Below are positions 23,632 through 33,586 of a DNA stretch of 64,000 bases, piece after piece. Under the pieces are notes generated by a model. The model made no database searches. It was not told the DNA's origin and saw nothing but the letters and a program-made list of their open reading frames with translations. Where the stretch lies: positions 1 to 64,000 of IMG/VR virus record IMGVR_UViG_3300032334_000315. One strand, 5' to 3'. Every line of letters starts with the position of its first letter. Positions within the stretch are counted from its first letter, which is position 1. Made by a program: the position numbers and the translations under genes. The stretch comes from a virus.

Positions 23632-25602
23632 TTAGTCTCTGAGTGGTGGGTTCATTAGGATTGGCTCTTTGCCACCCTTCATTCCCTTTGACTTATCATT
23701 GCATACTTCACATGTCATTGACTTTTTACCTTCAGTGCATGTACACTTAGCTTCCTTCATAGAAGAAATTTGCTTGTTAGCCTTAGCTTGCATTACCTGC
23801 ATTTTCTTCTGGGCAATAGTCTTCTCAATTGATGCTTTCTTATCAGCCAGTTGCATTGCCATTGGATTCTCGGATGCTTCGTCCATACGACCATTAGCAG
23901 CAAGTCTCTCTTTGCGTCTTTGTGCCGCATAATCTGCTCCATTAGGTAACTTCTTTTTTGGCTCAGTCCAATTGTGTGCCTTCACTATTTTCTCTTTTTG
24001 ACCAGGACCAACATCGACAACCTTATATCCAATGTCTTTTGTTGTCTTCACTTTAGTCATGGTCTTAGCTTCAGCAAATCCTGGATCAGTCTCTTCAGTA
24101 GCAGGTACCTTTACCTTGTGGCCGTAATACTTACCGTAAGCCAACTTAGAACCCTTTTCACGATTGGTGCGCTTACGAAACTTATCAGGATCAGATGGTT
24201 GATTACCTTGCATTTGTCTACCGGCCTTATAACCATAAGATGCAAGAGTTCCTTTCGAGATTTCATCAATCTGAATCTCTTCTTCCATATTCTTATCACG
24301 ATCAGCACGATATGCCTTCATCTTCTCAGCCTTCTTATCGCGAGTTGCTTTGTTTGGCTTAGTGTCTGTACCATAATCCTTGACCACAACACCCTTGTGG
24401 ATAATCTTCAGATTCTTCTTATTACCACCATTACCATAAGTACCCTGGATCTCGTCCAGAGTTTCTTCTTTCATGGCTTTCTCTTTCTTTTCCTGTGACA
24501 TACCCTTATCACGGAACTTATTGGCCATACCAGCATACTTTTTGAAGATAGGACCAGAACGACCCTGAGCATCACCCATAGCTTTCTTAGCAGCCTTGTG
24601 TGCTGCGCTGTGATATGTATCGGTTGATAGCTCATCAATTTGAGTGTCTTCTTTAGCCAATTTACCTACAGCTCTTTTGATGCCAGCTGATCTCTTGTTT
24701 ATAGTATGAATGTGTGGATCCAACTTAGCCGCAGTGCCATCGGTACTGCCGGCGTTGTAACCAGCCTTTCCGAGACTTGATGCTGATTTGTTTACATAAG
24801 AACCAAGAGTAGCCTTTGATAACTCGTCTACCTGCTCAACATCTTCACTCACTTTTTTTTTTGTTATCTTATTCATAAGACGCTTTGCACCAATGGTTCT
24901 GTTGGCAATATCATTAGCCTGCTTGACATCATTAGGATCAGAGTTCTTGATAGATTTCTTAGCCTTCATAAGATACGCAAACTTCTTGATGTTTGTATCA
25001 AGAACCTCGTCTACTTGAACATCTTCCTTAGTTAGCTTATCGGTAGCCTTGTTGATTCCCTGACGACGCTTCCATGACTTATCAAAAGCCTTGTCTGCGG
25101 TCTGACTGTCCTTACGGCGCTGAGTTTCCTTAGAATAATCACCAGTCTTCTTTTGATGGTCGGCAATCTTGTTTGAACGCTCAGCATGACGACCAGTTGC
25201 AGCGGAGTTAGTTGCTACATCGGTTGCAGCCTTCTTGATATATGAACCCAAAGTCTTCTTTGATAGTTCATCTACCTGCTCAACTTCTTCGTGCTGCTGA
25301 CGATCCTTACCTGACATCTTTTCGCGACCACGAATCTTATCAGCGACAGATGGATTCATTCTGCTTAGATATTGGCCATCTCGGTTCTTAGCACCGACAG
25401 CCGCCGCAGCTGCGTTCTTCTTTTCCTTATTAGCAGGATTGCCTTCATCAATATTTTCTTCCTTACGAAGCATCTTGAAATCTTGGCCGTCAATTTTGCC
25501 GTTGTGGTTCTTGTCAATCTTGACCTGACCACCTTTGAGTGCTTCATTTACTGCATCAATTAGCGATTTGCTAATACCAAATTTATTTGGATCAATAGAC
25601 AT
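23632..25602 (-). CDS. internal head protein with repeated (V/I/L)DE protease-site modules
   Basis: About 8 repeats such as EQVDELSK, QIDELS, TLDE, QIDEISK separating basic modules. Confidence 0.7.
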   Translation of the reverse strand: MSIDPNKFGISKSLIDAVNEALKGGQVKIDKNHNGKIDGQDFKMLRKEENIDEGNPANKEKKNAAAAAVGAKNRDGQYLSRMNPSVADKIRGREKMSGKDRQQHEEVEQVDELSKKTLGSYIKKAATDVATNSAATGRHAERSNKIADHQKKTGDYSKETQRRKDSQTADKAFDKSWKRRQGINKATDKLTKEDVQVDEVLDTNIKKFAYLMKAKKSIKNSDPNDVKQANDIANRTIGAKRLMNKITKKKVSEDVEQVDELSKATLGSYVNKSASSLGKAGYNAGSTDGTAAKLDPHIHTINKRSAGIKRAVGKLAKEDTQIDELSTDTYHSAAHKAAKKAMGDAQGRSGPIFKKYAGMANKFRDKGMSQEKKEKAMKEETLDEIQGTYGNGGNKKNLKIIHKGVVVKDYGTDTKPNKATRDKKAEKMKAYRADRDKNMEEEIQIDEISKGTLASYGYKAGRQMQGNQPSDPDKFRKRTNREKGSKLAYGKYYGHKVKVPATEETDPGFAEAKTMTKVKTTKDIGYKVVDVGPGQKEKIVKAHNWTEPKKKLPNGADYAAQRRKERLAANGRMDEASENPMAMQLADKKASIEKTIAQKKMQVMQAKANKQISSMKEAKCTCTEGKKSMTCEVCNDKSKGMKGGKEPILMNPPLRD

Positions 25603-25603
25603 T

Positions 25604-26044
25604 TTAGTTACCTTTCTTTGTTGCTCTTAGCATCCAAGCATGTTTATTATGAATATCAATACGGTCTTGTAGGTAGTTTGCAATTCCTACCGCACCAGCA
25701 ACCTCCGCTGCTTTCTGTGCAGGAACAAGCGTAGCAATAACTGCATTGTTATCATCGTACAAACGATTTAACATACCAGCAGCATTAGGAACTGTTAGCT
25801 CATCCTGAATGGTTGATAGCTCACCAAAACGCTTGAATGAACCTGGCGCATAAACATTCAATGTGCGAATGTGTTCTGCAATACCGTCAACGGCTAGAAA
25901 CGCATCGGTGTATAGAGTTTCAAAAAATTCATGGTACTGTGAGAAGAATGGTCCTTCCACATTCCAGTGAAAGTTATGAGCCTTCAGATAAAACGCAAAG
26001 GTTGTAGCAAGTGATTTCTTGAGTAGTTCTGAAAGCTCATCCAT
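25604..26044 (-). CDS. dps: Dps / ferritin-like DNA protection protein
   Basis: KAHNFHWNVEG..F...H..F, D.IAEHIR, KHAWML. Confidence 0.92.
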   Translation of the reverse strand: MDELSELLKKSLATTFAFYLKAHNFHWNVEGPFFSQYHEFFETLYTDAFLAVDGIAEHIRTLNVYAPGSFKRFGELSTIQDELTVPNAAGMLNRLYDDNNAVIATLVPAQKAAEVAGAVGIANYLQDRIDIHNKHAWMLRATKKGN

Positions 26045-26388
26045 TACTTCTTTCCTTTTTTGCCTCTCTTAGGCTTCGGCGCATCTTCTGGCTCAATAAC
26101 AACCACTGGTGCTTCTTCCACAACAGGTTCAACGGTAGCCACTACTTCTTTAAGAACTTCTCCAACTTCCTTATCAAGCTTAGTAGCTTCTTCCACTACC
26201 TTAGCAAAAATCTCTTCTGTCTTAGCAGCCACTGTTTCTGCTGCCTTTACCTCTTCAACCGCGGCCTTTGCCTCTTGCTCATCAGCAGCAATAAACTCTT
26301 CATTTTTCCATGGCTTTGCGTATACCAAGTATCCAACAATTGCTAGAAAAATACCGCAACCAATAATTACATCCATATCCATTTTCAA
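26044..26388 (-). CDS. membrane-anchored acidic protein
   Basis: N-terminal TM, Glu/Ala/Val-rich, basic tail. Confidence 0.7.
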   Translation of the reverse strand: MKMDMDVIIGCGIFLAIVGYLVYAKPWKNEEFIAADEQEAKAAVEEVKAAETVAAKTEEIFAKVVEEATKLDKEVGEVLKEVVATVEPVVEEAPVVVIEPEDAPKPKRGKKGKK

Positions 26389-26403
26389 TTCTCCTGTGTT
26401 TAT

Positions 26404-29160
26404 TTACATTTTGTTTTTAAATATCTTACGATACATAAAATTGCCATTAGCTTTCTTAACTCTAACTACTTTATGGTCAGCATGTGTTTGCATGACATCT
26501 TCTGGTACACAATTAGGAACAGGCTTACCACCTTTATTCTTCATGCCAACTTGCTTATACCCTGTCCAACATTTTTCATCGACTTGTGTTTCTTCACTAC
26601 GGCAATTCCACTTACGCAATGCTAAGGCTTTACGAGATGGCTCACCGTTTGGCTTCTTCATCGGCCCTTCAACACCACCCATGCGAGCGCAGAAAGACTT
26701 ACGACGACCAGCAGCCTTACTACCAGCTTTTAGTTTAGATGGTGATGTTGTTACTGGTGCTTTTAGATTCCCACCATCTTTTCTGTTATAATAGTCTCTG
26801 CCCTTTTGAGTTAAACCACCAGTAGATGATTTATATCCCTTAGCATCAACCGCACGTTCTTGTAAATCTTCATCCAACTTAGCAGCAAAACCACCAGCGA
26901 TGAATGAGTTCACGCGGTTGAACGCACGATTGATATCATTTGACTCAGCCATTTCGCGAGCGAACACCTGATTCAAAACACCTTCAGATACACCAGACTT
27001 CTTTGCTTTCTTGCGTAGATCAGGATTTGGTTGACTATCAAGTTCCTTATTTACTACGTTATAGCGAACGCGAGAATATGTAGCCGGATCCTGTGTAGTC
27101 AAATCAATAAGCTTGTCTAATAGATCCGCAAGGTTCTTGCGAAGCTGTGGGCTTTGCAAAGCAAACTGCTTGCTACTACGCAACGCACGACGGTAACCTT
27201 GAAGCTCGGTTGTGTCAACAAGGCCAAGACGCAACAGAACATCCATCTTTTGATTCAAACGCTTTGATTGATTTGGATCTTCAGAATCTTCTTTTACAGT
27301 AGTTTTTTTCTTAGATGCTAATGCTGGATGATTGAGCCACGCACCACCTCGCTCGCCCCATTTACGGATCATTTTATTTACAAATTTTGGATCCTTAGAT
27401 GCTTTTACAGCAGCACTATCTTTTGTCCAATCCATCTTTTCATTAGCCTGTGTCATACCAGGAGGTGCGTCTGGATCATTCGGATTCCAATTGCGAGCAT
27501 TGAATGTTACTTCATCAAGCTTTCTACCACCAAGAGAAATTTTTGGCTTGTCCTTTGGAATACCGTGGGCTAGAACATTTTTGAATGCTGTCAAGCTTTT
27601 ACCAGCAGCAACAGTTAGCTTTTGTTTATCAGCAGGCAAACGTGTTCTATCAAATAAAGCCAACATTTTTCTTGCGTCAGATACAGAAATCTTTTCTTTG
27701 TGCTTATCACCAAATACAACATCATGCTCACCACGAGCAATGATGACCTTACGCATTTGATAGATGATATTGGTATCACCAGCATCTACAGCATCGGCTG
27801 CACTACCACGCGCTTCAGTACGCATACGAAATTGAGCTAGACGCTTACCACCACCGTGTGTTGTATGTTTTGGATTTGGCGCAGAACGATCAACCGTTGT
27901 AGGATCAACATCTGTTGCAACAATTTTTGTCGCGTCAATATGCAACGGACTATCGTGTTTGGTATCAGCCTTTGATTTTTCCCAATCTGATACTGAAATA
28001 TGTTTAGCTTTAGCCTGCTTGATATCTGATGCTCTGTCTTTTGCAGAACCTTCTTTACCTTCTAGGAACATGTGAAATGCCTCGTTTGTAGTTGAGCGAG
28101 CCTGCGCTACAGATGCCTGCGCTTTGCTACGGATACGTGGAAGAATGCGAGTGGCTATTCTATTGATAGCACCCTTTAGTGATTTACCAAAACGCTGTGT
28201 CAATGCATTATCAACTGAGATGCGCTGCGAACGTGATAGCGCATTATAATCTAGGTTCTTGCGGCCGCTTGCGCGAGCGCGAAGGATCATAATAGCAGCC
28301 TTACGCGCACGAAGGCGTAGGCGTTGACCAGCTGGCATCTGCTTTGATTTAAGCTTACGCAGACGAGCGAGACGCTTGCTCATGGACTTCATCTTTTGTG
28401 AACGCTTCTGGCGTTGCTGTGATGTTAGACCTTCGTGAACATCTTGTGGATCTTCATCGGTAATCATATCCAACATCATAGCATCTTCGTCACGGAGATC
28501 CAAATCGCTCATGTCGGTTAGCTTGTCGAGATATCTATCAATCTCAGCATCAGTTGGTAGTGGAATTTCTTCCTCAACAATTACAGATTCGGTCATTGTT
28601 TTTCCTAGACGCGATTGAATAATACGAATGATATCCTTTACATCTTTGTCGCTTAGACCATCTGGCATCTCTGCACGAATATTTGCAAAGTTACCTTCTC
28701 GCGCCCATGCGCGAATGTCAGATGCATGAATACCATCAGCATCACCAGAGCGTGTGTTTGTGATAGAGTGACGAGACTGGACGGTTACATTCTTAATATG
28801 AAAATCTTTACCATTTGCATTATCAACAAGCTTCTGGATTTGTTCTACTCTTTCATCACCCAATACGATATGAACGGTGTCGTAATGCTCTAATGATTTG
28901 AGAACACCAACCATGTTTGGCATAGATATGGGCGGCATATCAAATAGGCCTTTATGTCCAGGAAACATCTTGTTTAGGAATCGGATCTTTTCCTGTGGTG
29001 TAAATGGATTCTTCTTCTTGTCTACAGAGCGCGACACAAAAATCTTAGCGTCACTGTGAGTTTTTGTAGCCAATTTCAACACCGCATCCACAAGGTTCTT
29101 ATGTTCCTTGTGTGGTGGTTGAAATCTAGCAAGAGGTACAACAACGACAGATTTACTCAT
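26404..29160 (-). CDS. large multidomain protein with N-terminal cytidylyltransferase-superfamily domain; probable internal head protein
   Basis: ARFQPPHKEH, KNPF....K, HASDIR; later basic modules (RRKSFCARM, KCWTGYK) separated by xxE sites. Confidence 0.75.
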   Translation of the reverse strand: MSKSVVVVPLARFQPPHKEHKNLVDAVLKLATKTHSDAKIFVSRSVDKKKNPFTPQEKIRFLNKMFPGHKGLFDMPPISMPNMVGVLKSLEHYDTVHIVLGDERVEQIQKLVDNANGKDFHIKNVTVQSRHSITNTRSGDADGIHASDIRAWAREGNFANIRAEMPDGLSDKDVKDIIRIIQSRLGKTMTESVIVEEEIPLPTDAEIDRYLDKLTDMSDLDLRDEDAMMLDMITDEDPQDVHEGLTSQQRQKRSQKMKSMSKRLARLRKLKSKQMPAGQRLRLRARKAAIMILRARASGRKNLDYNALSRSQRISVDNALTQRFGKSLKGAINRIATRILPRIRSKAQASVAQARSTTNEAFHMFLEGKEGSAKDRASDIKQAKAKHISVSDWEKSKADTKHDSPLHIDATKIVATDVDPTTVDRSAPNPKHTTHGGGKRLAQFRMRTEARGSAADAVDAGDTNIIYQMRKVIIARGEHDVVFGDKHKEKISVSDARKMLALFDRTRLPADKQKLTVAAGKSLTAFKNVLAHGIPKDKPKISLGGRKLDEVTFNARNWNPNDPDAPPGMTQANEKMDWTKDSAAVKASKDPKFVNKMIRKWGERGGAWLNHPALASKKKTTVKEDSEDPNQSKRLNQKMDVLLRLGLVDTTELQGYRRALRSSKQFALQSPQLRKNLADLLDKLIDLTTQDPATYSRVRYNVVNKELDSQPNPDLRKKAKKSGVSEGVLNQVFAREMAESNDINRAFNRVNSFIAGGFAAKLDEDLQERAVDAKGYKSSTGGLTQKGRDYYNRKDGGNLKAPVTTSPSKLKAGSKAAGRRKSFCARMGGVEGPMKKPNGEPSRKALALRKWNCRSEETQVDEKCWTGYKQVGMKNKGGKPVPNCVPEDVMQTHADHKVVRVKKANGNFMYRKIFKNKM

Positions 29161-30337
29161 CTTTCGGTGCCGCCTTTCTGAACGATCCTTGAGCAAAGTT
29201 TTGCATACTGAATACACGGCGCTTGACTAGCTTTGCGGTACCGTGCTTGCCGAGAAGAACATAGCCTTCTGGATTTGTCTTTACCAATGCACCAAACTCA
29301 TTCTCAAAATATCTGCGAATAGGTTGATATGTGTCCAGCTCGTCAATGATCTTGTCCTTGATATCAGCAAGCTTGTTGTGAACATCAAGGACGTTTGTGA
29401 TTAGAGCTTTATTGGATTCAATTTGACCAGTGATGGTATCATATACCACCTGCTTTGAAGCTTTACCTTTTTCACTAGCAGCCTTGTCAATGAACTTCTG
29501 GAGCTTCTCTTTCATGTACGCAAGGAAACCAGCATATGACTGCGTGGTGTTATTACGGATCACATAGTTGGCATATGCAAGGAAATGTGGATTCATCTCT
29601 TCGGATGAGATGTATGCAAACGCATCACCCGGTATAGATGCAAGGAGCTTATCAACCTCTGTGATATGGGCCTTCAAATGACCAACATGATCCAACGATG
29701 GCGCATCAATTGGCATCAGGAACACATGAGCATTCTTCTTCATGTCACGCGCTTGGATAGTCACGCGACTACCAGATGCATTGTACTTGGTGTGTGGTGC
29801 GAATCCAACAACCGACTTAGCAATCTCACGACCAAGCACCGAGTTCACAGGTACCGCATTGATAACTGTGTTTGGCTTGAACAACCAGTGCTGAACACCT
29901 TCAATGTCAACCTTCTTCAAGTCAACCTTAGCGAACATCATATCGCCTTGAAGGATCTCATTCTTGTTGTTTGTGATGTATGGGAAATATTCTAGAGCGA
30001 GCTTTAGTTTAGCTACGAGCCCTGGTGCGTGGCCGTGATTACGCTCAATATCCTCAACTGTAAAATTGACCTTAGGATCTTTGTTGAAGATTGATTTGGT
30101 CGCTACGAAGAACTTACCATTCTGATAGCCATAAAATACGCTAGGAGCACCGTCGATCTTAGTTTGATTCACAGTTTCAGGAATGCCCTTAATAAGGTCA
30201 TGGAAGTAACCACTGATCTTAGCAATGGACTTCTTTCCAGAAACATAAATCTCGTCTTCAATGTGGGTATAGTGCGACTTGTCTTCCTCAGACGAAAACG
30301 CAGCTTCTACCACGAAGCTTTTAAAACTTTTCATCAT
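29153..30337 (-). CDS. ATP-dependent ligase-fold protein (DUF6267-like) with capsid-targeting-like N-terminus
   Basis: KIDG, LQGDMMF, EGYV, AKLV; N-terminus MKSFKSFVVE. Confidence 0.7.
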   Translation of the reverse strand: MMKSFKSFVVEAAFSSEEDKSHYTHIEDEIYVSGKKSIAKISGYFHDLIKGIPETVNQTKIDGAPSVFYGYQNGKFFVATKSIFNKDPKVNFTVEDIERNHGHAPGLVAKLKLALEYFPYITNNKNEILQGDMMFAKVDLKKVDIEGVQHWLFKPNTVINAVPVNSVLGREIAKSVVGFAPHTKYNASGSRVTIQARDMKKNAHVFLMPIDAPSLDHVGHLKAHITEVDKLLASIPGDAFAYISSEEMNPHFLAYANYVIRNNTTQSYAGFLAYMKEKLQKFIDKAASEKGKASKQVVYDTITGQIESNKALITNVLDVHNKLADIKDKIIDELDTYQPIRRYFENEFGALVKTNPEGYVLLGKHGTAKLVKRRVFSMQNFAQGSFRKAAPKDE

Positions 30338-30402
30338 ACTCCTAGCGGGATTGGCGTACCCTAACCGCGACCATGCAGGACTGCCTTAGCTTTCTGCTCG
30401 TC

Positions 30403-30410
30403 TATTTATA
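30403..30410 (-). promoter_or_regulatory. late promoter TATAAATA
   Basis: Exact consensus upstream of 30337. Confidence 0.8.
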
Positions 30411-30414
30411 ATAC

Positions 30415-30464
30415 TTGACAAATTAATATTTCCATGGTATAATAAGGATGTTGTAACCGGTCAG
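30415..30464 (+). promoter_or_regulatory. antisense sigma70 promoter with conserved initial transcribed sequence
   Basis: TTGACA-N17-TATAAT then AAGGATGTTGTAACCGGTCAG; twin at 61500. Confidence 0.75.
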
Positions 30465-30467
30465 ATA

Positions 30468-31289
30468 CTATGCTTTCAAATCAATTCTAAATGCCAACCC
30501 TGTGATACCGCTTCTTGATTTACCTCTAATATCAAACTTAACTTTTGAACGAATACCCTGAACATATGTATCGTTGATTAAGTAGAATCCTTTAGGACTA
30601 ATGATGCTGTCTGCTACCGCACCTTTATACTCAGCAAGAGATATTTCACCTGTTAGTGCTTCATATAGCAATGCTTTTGTGTATTCTGGATCTCCTTCAA
30701 TATATTTCAAAAGAGAGTCCATCAACACCTCTTTGTTATTAGATAACCAATACTCATAGCTTTTATCTTGGATAATTTTAGTTCCTTTGATAAACTCTTT
30801 GATTACTTTTGGTTTTGCTTCTGTCAAGATTCTTTTTTTATTTGATTCGGATAACAAACGAGTTGGCATAACTTTCAACTCACTTATGATTGATTTTAGC
30901 ACTTTACTTTTATTTGAGTTTGGCACTTTTGTCGCAGCCGCTGCAAACAATTCGGCTGTCGATGCGCCTTGACCCGAAGCCAATTGCACACCGCCAGCCA
31001 TTTTTACAGATACCGTATGTATTTTAGTTCCAATTTTCAATACGACATCCGTTTTTGGTTCTGGTTTTGCCGCTATAGCAACACCAAATGGATTAGATGA
31101 ATCATCAGAATGCCAGGCAAGAACTTTTTTTGCACTACCAGCATACTTGTAGATATGCTTTACACAGTCGTCGGCCTGAGATAGAATAATCTCGGAATAA
31201 TCTCTTGTGTATTTTTTCTGTTCATTATTTTTGATCTTGATTTTTTCTACAATAGCCCATTCAAGATCAACGCCCTCTGATGCTGCCAT
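30468..31289 (-). CDS. PD-(D/E)xK-type nuclease-like protein
   Basis: E near N-terminus, PKTDVV...VSVKM; AT-rich. Confidence 0.65.
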   Translation of the reverse strand: MAASEGVDLEWAIVEKIKIKNNEQKKYTRDYSEIILSQADDCVKHIYKYAGSAKKVLAWHSDDSSNPFGVAIAAKPEPKTDVVLKIGTKIHTVSVKMAGGVQLASGQGASTAELFAAAATKVPNSNKSKVLKSIISELKVMPTRLLSESNKKRILTEAKPKVIKEFIKGTKIIQDKSYEYWLSNNKEVLMDSLLKYIEGDPEYTKALLYEALTGEISLAEYKGAVADSIISPKGFYLINDTYVQGIRSKVKFDIRGKSRSGITGLAFRIDLKA

Positions 31290-31292
31290 AAT

Positions 31293-31748
31293 TTAGTCCC
31301 TACCTATTCCCATGGTACCTTTTTTTGACCTCATTGTTAATGGTCTACCGTGATTTCCTGGTGCATTATCGTCTTTTGCAGAAACTTTAGCTGTACCTGA
31401 TAGTTTCTTATCTGCCGTTTTCATACCGGCTTCACGATTTTTAACTCTCAGGCGATTTTTAGCTACACCACTAGGACCAAATGAATTTTGGTATTTATAA
31501 TCGTGGAGTCCTTTATCATAAGTTGCTGAATCTTTATAATCTTGTACAGCGCCTTTTGATAATTCATTTACCTGCTCGTAGTTTTCTTCAATGTACTTTT
31601 CAGTTAACTCAGGGAAATTTTCCATAACATAATCAAGAAAGTGTTCTACATCAAAATCAATGTCCATTTCGGTATCATTTACCTGCTCAGCAGATTCATT
31701 GATAGGAACAATCGGTCTACGACCGTTTGGTGTTAGAATATATGACAT
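31293..31748 (-). CDS. internal head protein-like
   Basis: EQVNELSK module shared with 23632..25602. Confidence 0.6.
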   Translation of the reverse strand: MSYILTPNGRRPIVPINESAEQVNDTEMDIDFDVEHFLDYVMENFPELTEKYIEENYEQVNELSKGAVQDYKDSATYDKGLHDYKYQNSFGPSGVAKNRLRVKNREAGMKTADKKLSGTAKVSAKDDNAPGNHGRPLTMRSKKGTMGIGRD

Positions 31749-31764
31749 GCTTATACCTTTCTTG

Positions 31765-32373
31765 TTATCCGTTGTAGCGGGTTATTCTTCCATCCTCATG
31801 GATTAGGAATGCTTCAAAATTAATCTTTGGAAACTCGGTATGCAGTTCAATGAACTTATCAAGGTTGGCCTTAGCGTCATCAAACATTCTAGCTACCTGA
31901 TACTTACCAGCTTTTAGTTGGTCACGAACAATCTGCTTCTTGGCCTCTGCACCTGGTGCCTTGATATTGCCTGCGCGATACACATGCACCTGCGTGATAT
32001 CAAAGCCATATTTTTTAAACGTATCAAGGAACAGCTTCTTATCGTCTAGATCCGCGCGAGCGGTACAGATGATAATACGCTTGTTAGGATGCGCACGGAA
32101 TCTGCTAATCATTTTCTTAGCGGTCTTGAATACAGTCTCAATTGGCTTTGCGGTATCAGCGAACACCTTAGATGATCGGAATTGAGCGAAGTCAAATTCC
32201 TCACCAGGTTTTAGCGCATACACATTGAACTCAGCTGGTGTCAATTTCTCAACAACCTTGCCATCTTTTCTGACGAGGACTTGTGTCGTGGTGCTGAATA
32301 GCGTGTCGTCAATGTCAAACACCGACAGACTACCAGAAACATCCTCAGCTATGAACTCGCGGAATTTTAGCAT
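31765..32373 (-). CDS. HAD-superfamily phosphatase with capsid-targeting-like N-terminus
   Basis: FDIDDTLF, CTAR, K, FDD; N-terminus MLKFREFIAE. Confidence 0.8.
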   Translation of the reverse strand: MLKFREFIAEDVSGSLSVFDIDDTLFSTTTQVLVRKDGKVVEKLTPAEFNVYALKPGEEFDFAQFRSSKVFADTAKPIETVFKTAKKMISRFRAHPNKRIIICTARADLDDKKLFLDTFKKYGFDITQVHVYRAGNIKAPGAEAKKQIVRDQLKAGKYQVARMFDDAKANLDKFIELHTEFPKINFEAFLIHEDGRITRYNG

Positions 32374-32380
32374 CGTATCC

Positions 32381-32388
32381 TATTTATA
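32381..32388 (-). promoter_or_regulatory. late promoter TATAAATA
   Basis: Exact consensus 7 nt before the HAD start (leaderless-like). Confidence 0.75.
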
Positions 32389-32394
32389 ATAAAA

Positions 32395-32426
32395 CGAAAA
32401 AGGGGGAAGCGTTATTGCTCCCCCCT
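32395..32426 (-). terminator. intrinsic terminator
   Basis: AGGGGGAGC-AATAAC-GCTTCCCCCT followed by a T tract. Confidence 0.8.
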
Positions 32427-32458
32427 GACTAACATAATAAAAGGCACCTCCTTGTATG

Positions 32459-33319
32459 CTAGCCCAATTTTCTGTAGCCCAGCAGCTTGTTTGCTGGGTA
32501 GTAAGCTACGCTAACTTCTTTGTTCTGGTTACCACCAAGAACCTTGATGTATCTAACACCATCAACAGTTTCCTCACCGACATAGAATCCAACATGGCCT
32601 GCCGAGCTATTCTTGCCTCGTGAGAACACCGCAATATCACCTTCTCTTGGATATGTAGTAGGAATTCCGTACCCTAAAAAGCTGCGAGCTAATAGAGAAC
32701 CTGTGCCCTGGTATCCAGCCTTGTTTAATACCGCATTTGCGAAAGCTGCACACCATGGAATACGAACTGGATCCACCTTCATATCATTACCATCTGATAG
32801 TAATTTGGTAAGATCGGAACGATCTTTTCTTACATTTAAGCCTTCCCACTCTCTTGCAATCCGCACCGGTTCTGGTGCAAACATAGGGCGTGGATTCTCA
32901 CGGCGCACAGGTTGTTCATGGTGTGACTGAGATAGTGTGGTGCTGCCCTTAGGAAGCTCGGTATTCAAATCAATAACAGCCATTACTGGTTTAGCTTTAG
33001 GCTTCTTATGCTCAACTGGTGGTGCATCTAGCTTTTGCCAACCAGCAAAAAACTGTGATGCTTCGGCTCTCTCCCTATCCTGTCTAAAGAAATTTGCAGG
33101 CGTGTCGTCATCATATGTAGACGCAACAACAGCCGCAGCTGGAACTACTTTCTTTGCTTGCAACTGCTTGCAGAATTTTGCAAGATGCGCGTACCTGTCT
33201 TGTACGCTTAGGTTACAATATCGTTCCGCGGTTTTCGCTGAAACTTTCTTCTTTGGTTCGGCTTCTGCGGTGTTACACAAGAACACCAACATGAGTACAG
33301 CCATGGTTGTTTTTAACAT
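32459..33319 (-). CDS. secreted NlpC/P60-CHAP-like peptidoglycan hydrolase (TIGR02594-like)
   Basis: Signal peptide; PWCAAF, ARSF, GHVGF, LGGNQ. Confidence 0.85.
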   Translation of the reverse strand: MLKTTMAVLMLVFLCNTAEAEPKKKVSAKTAERYCNLSVQDRYAHLAKFCKQLQAKKVVPAAAVVASTYDDDTPANFFRQDRERAEASQFFAGWQKLDAPPVEHKKPKAKPVMAVIDLNTELPKGSTTLSQSHHEQPVRRENPRPMFAPEPVRIAREWEGLNVRKDRSDLTKLLSDGNDMKVDPVRIPWCAAFANAVLNKAGYQGTGSLLARSFLGYGIPTTYPREGDIAVFSRGKNSSAGHVGFYVGEETVDGVRYIKVLGGNQNKEVSVAYYPANKLLGYRKLG

Positions 33320-33328
33320 TTTAGTCTC

Positions 33329-33556
33329 CTATTTAAATCTAGGATCCTTAACTAAATCGTCGTAACCACCAACATGCTCGTCATTGATAAAAATCTGCGG
33401 TACTGTACGATAGTCAGGATACTGCTTAACGAAATCTTCACGGGTAATATGTTTACCAATCTTGAACTCAGTAAATTCAAGATGGCGGTCCTTGAAGAAA
33501 TCTTTGGCCGCAGCACAATAACTGCACACGTCCTTTGTGAACATTTTAATCTGCAT
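33329..33556 (-). CDS. glutaredoxin
   Basis: CSYC, TVPQIF, GGYDDL. Confidence 0.92.
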   Translation of the reverse strand: MQIKMFTKDVCSYCAAAKDFFKDRHLEFTEFKIGKHITREDFVKQYPDYRTVPQIFINDEHVGGYDDLVKDPRFK

Positions 33557-33586
33557 TACTTAATTCTCCAGCCGTTGAATATCTAT

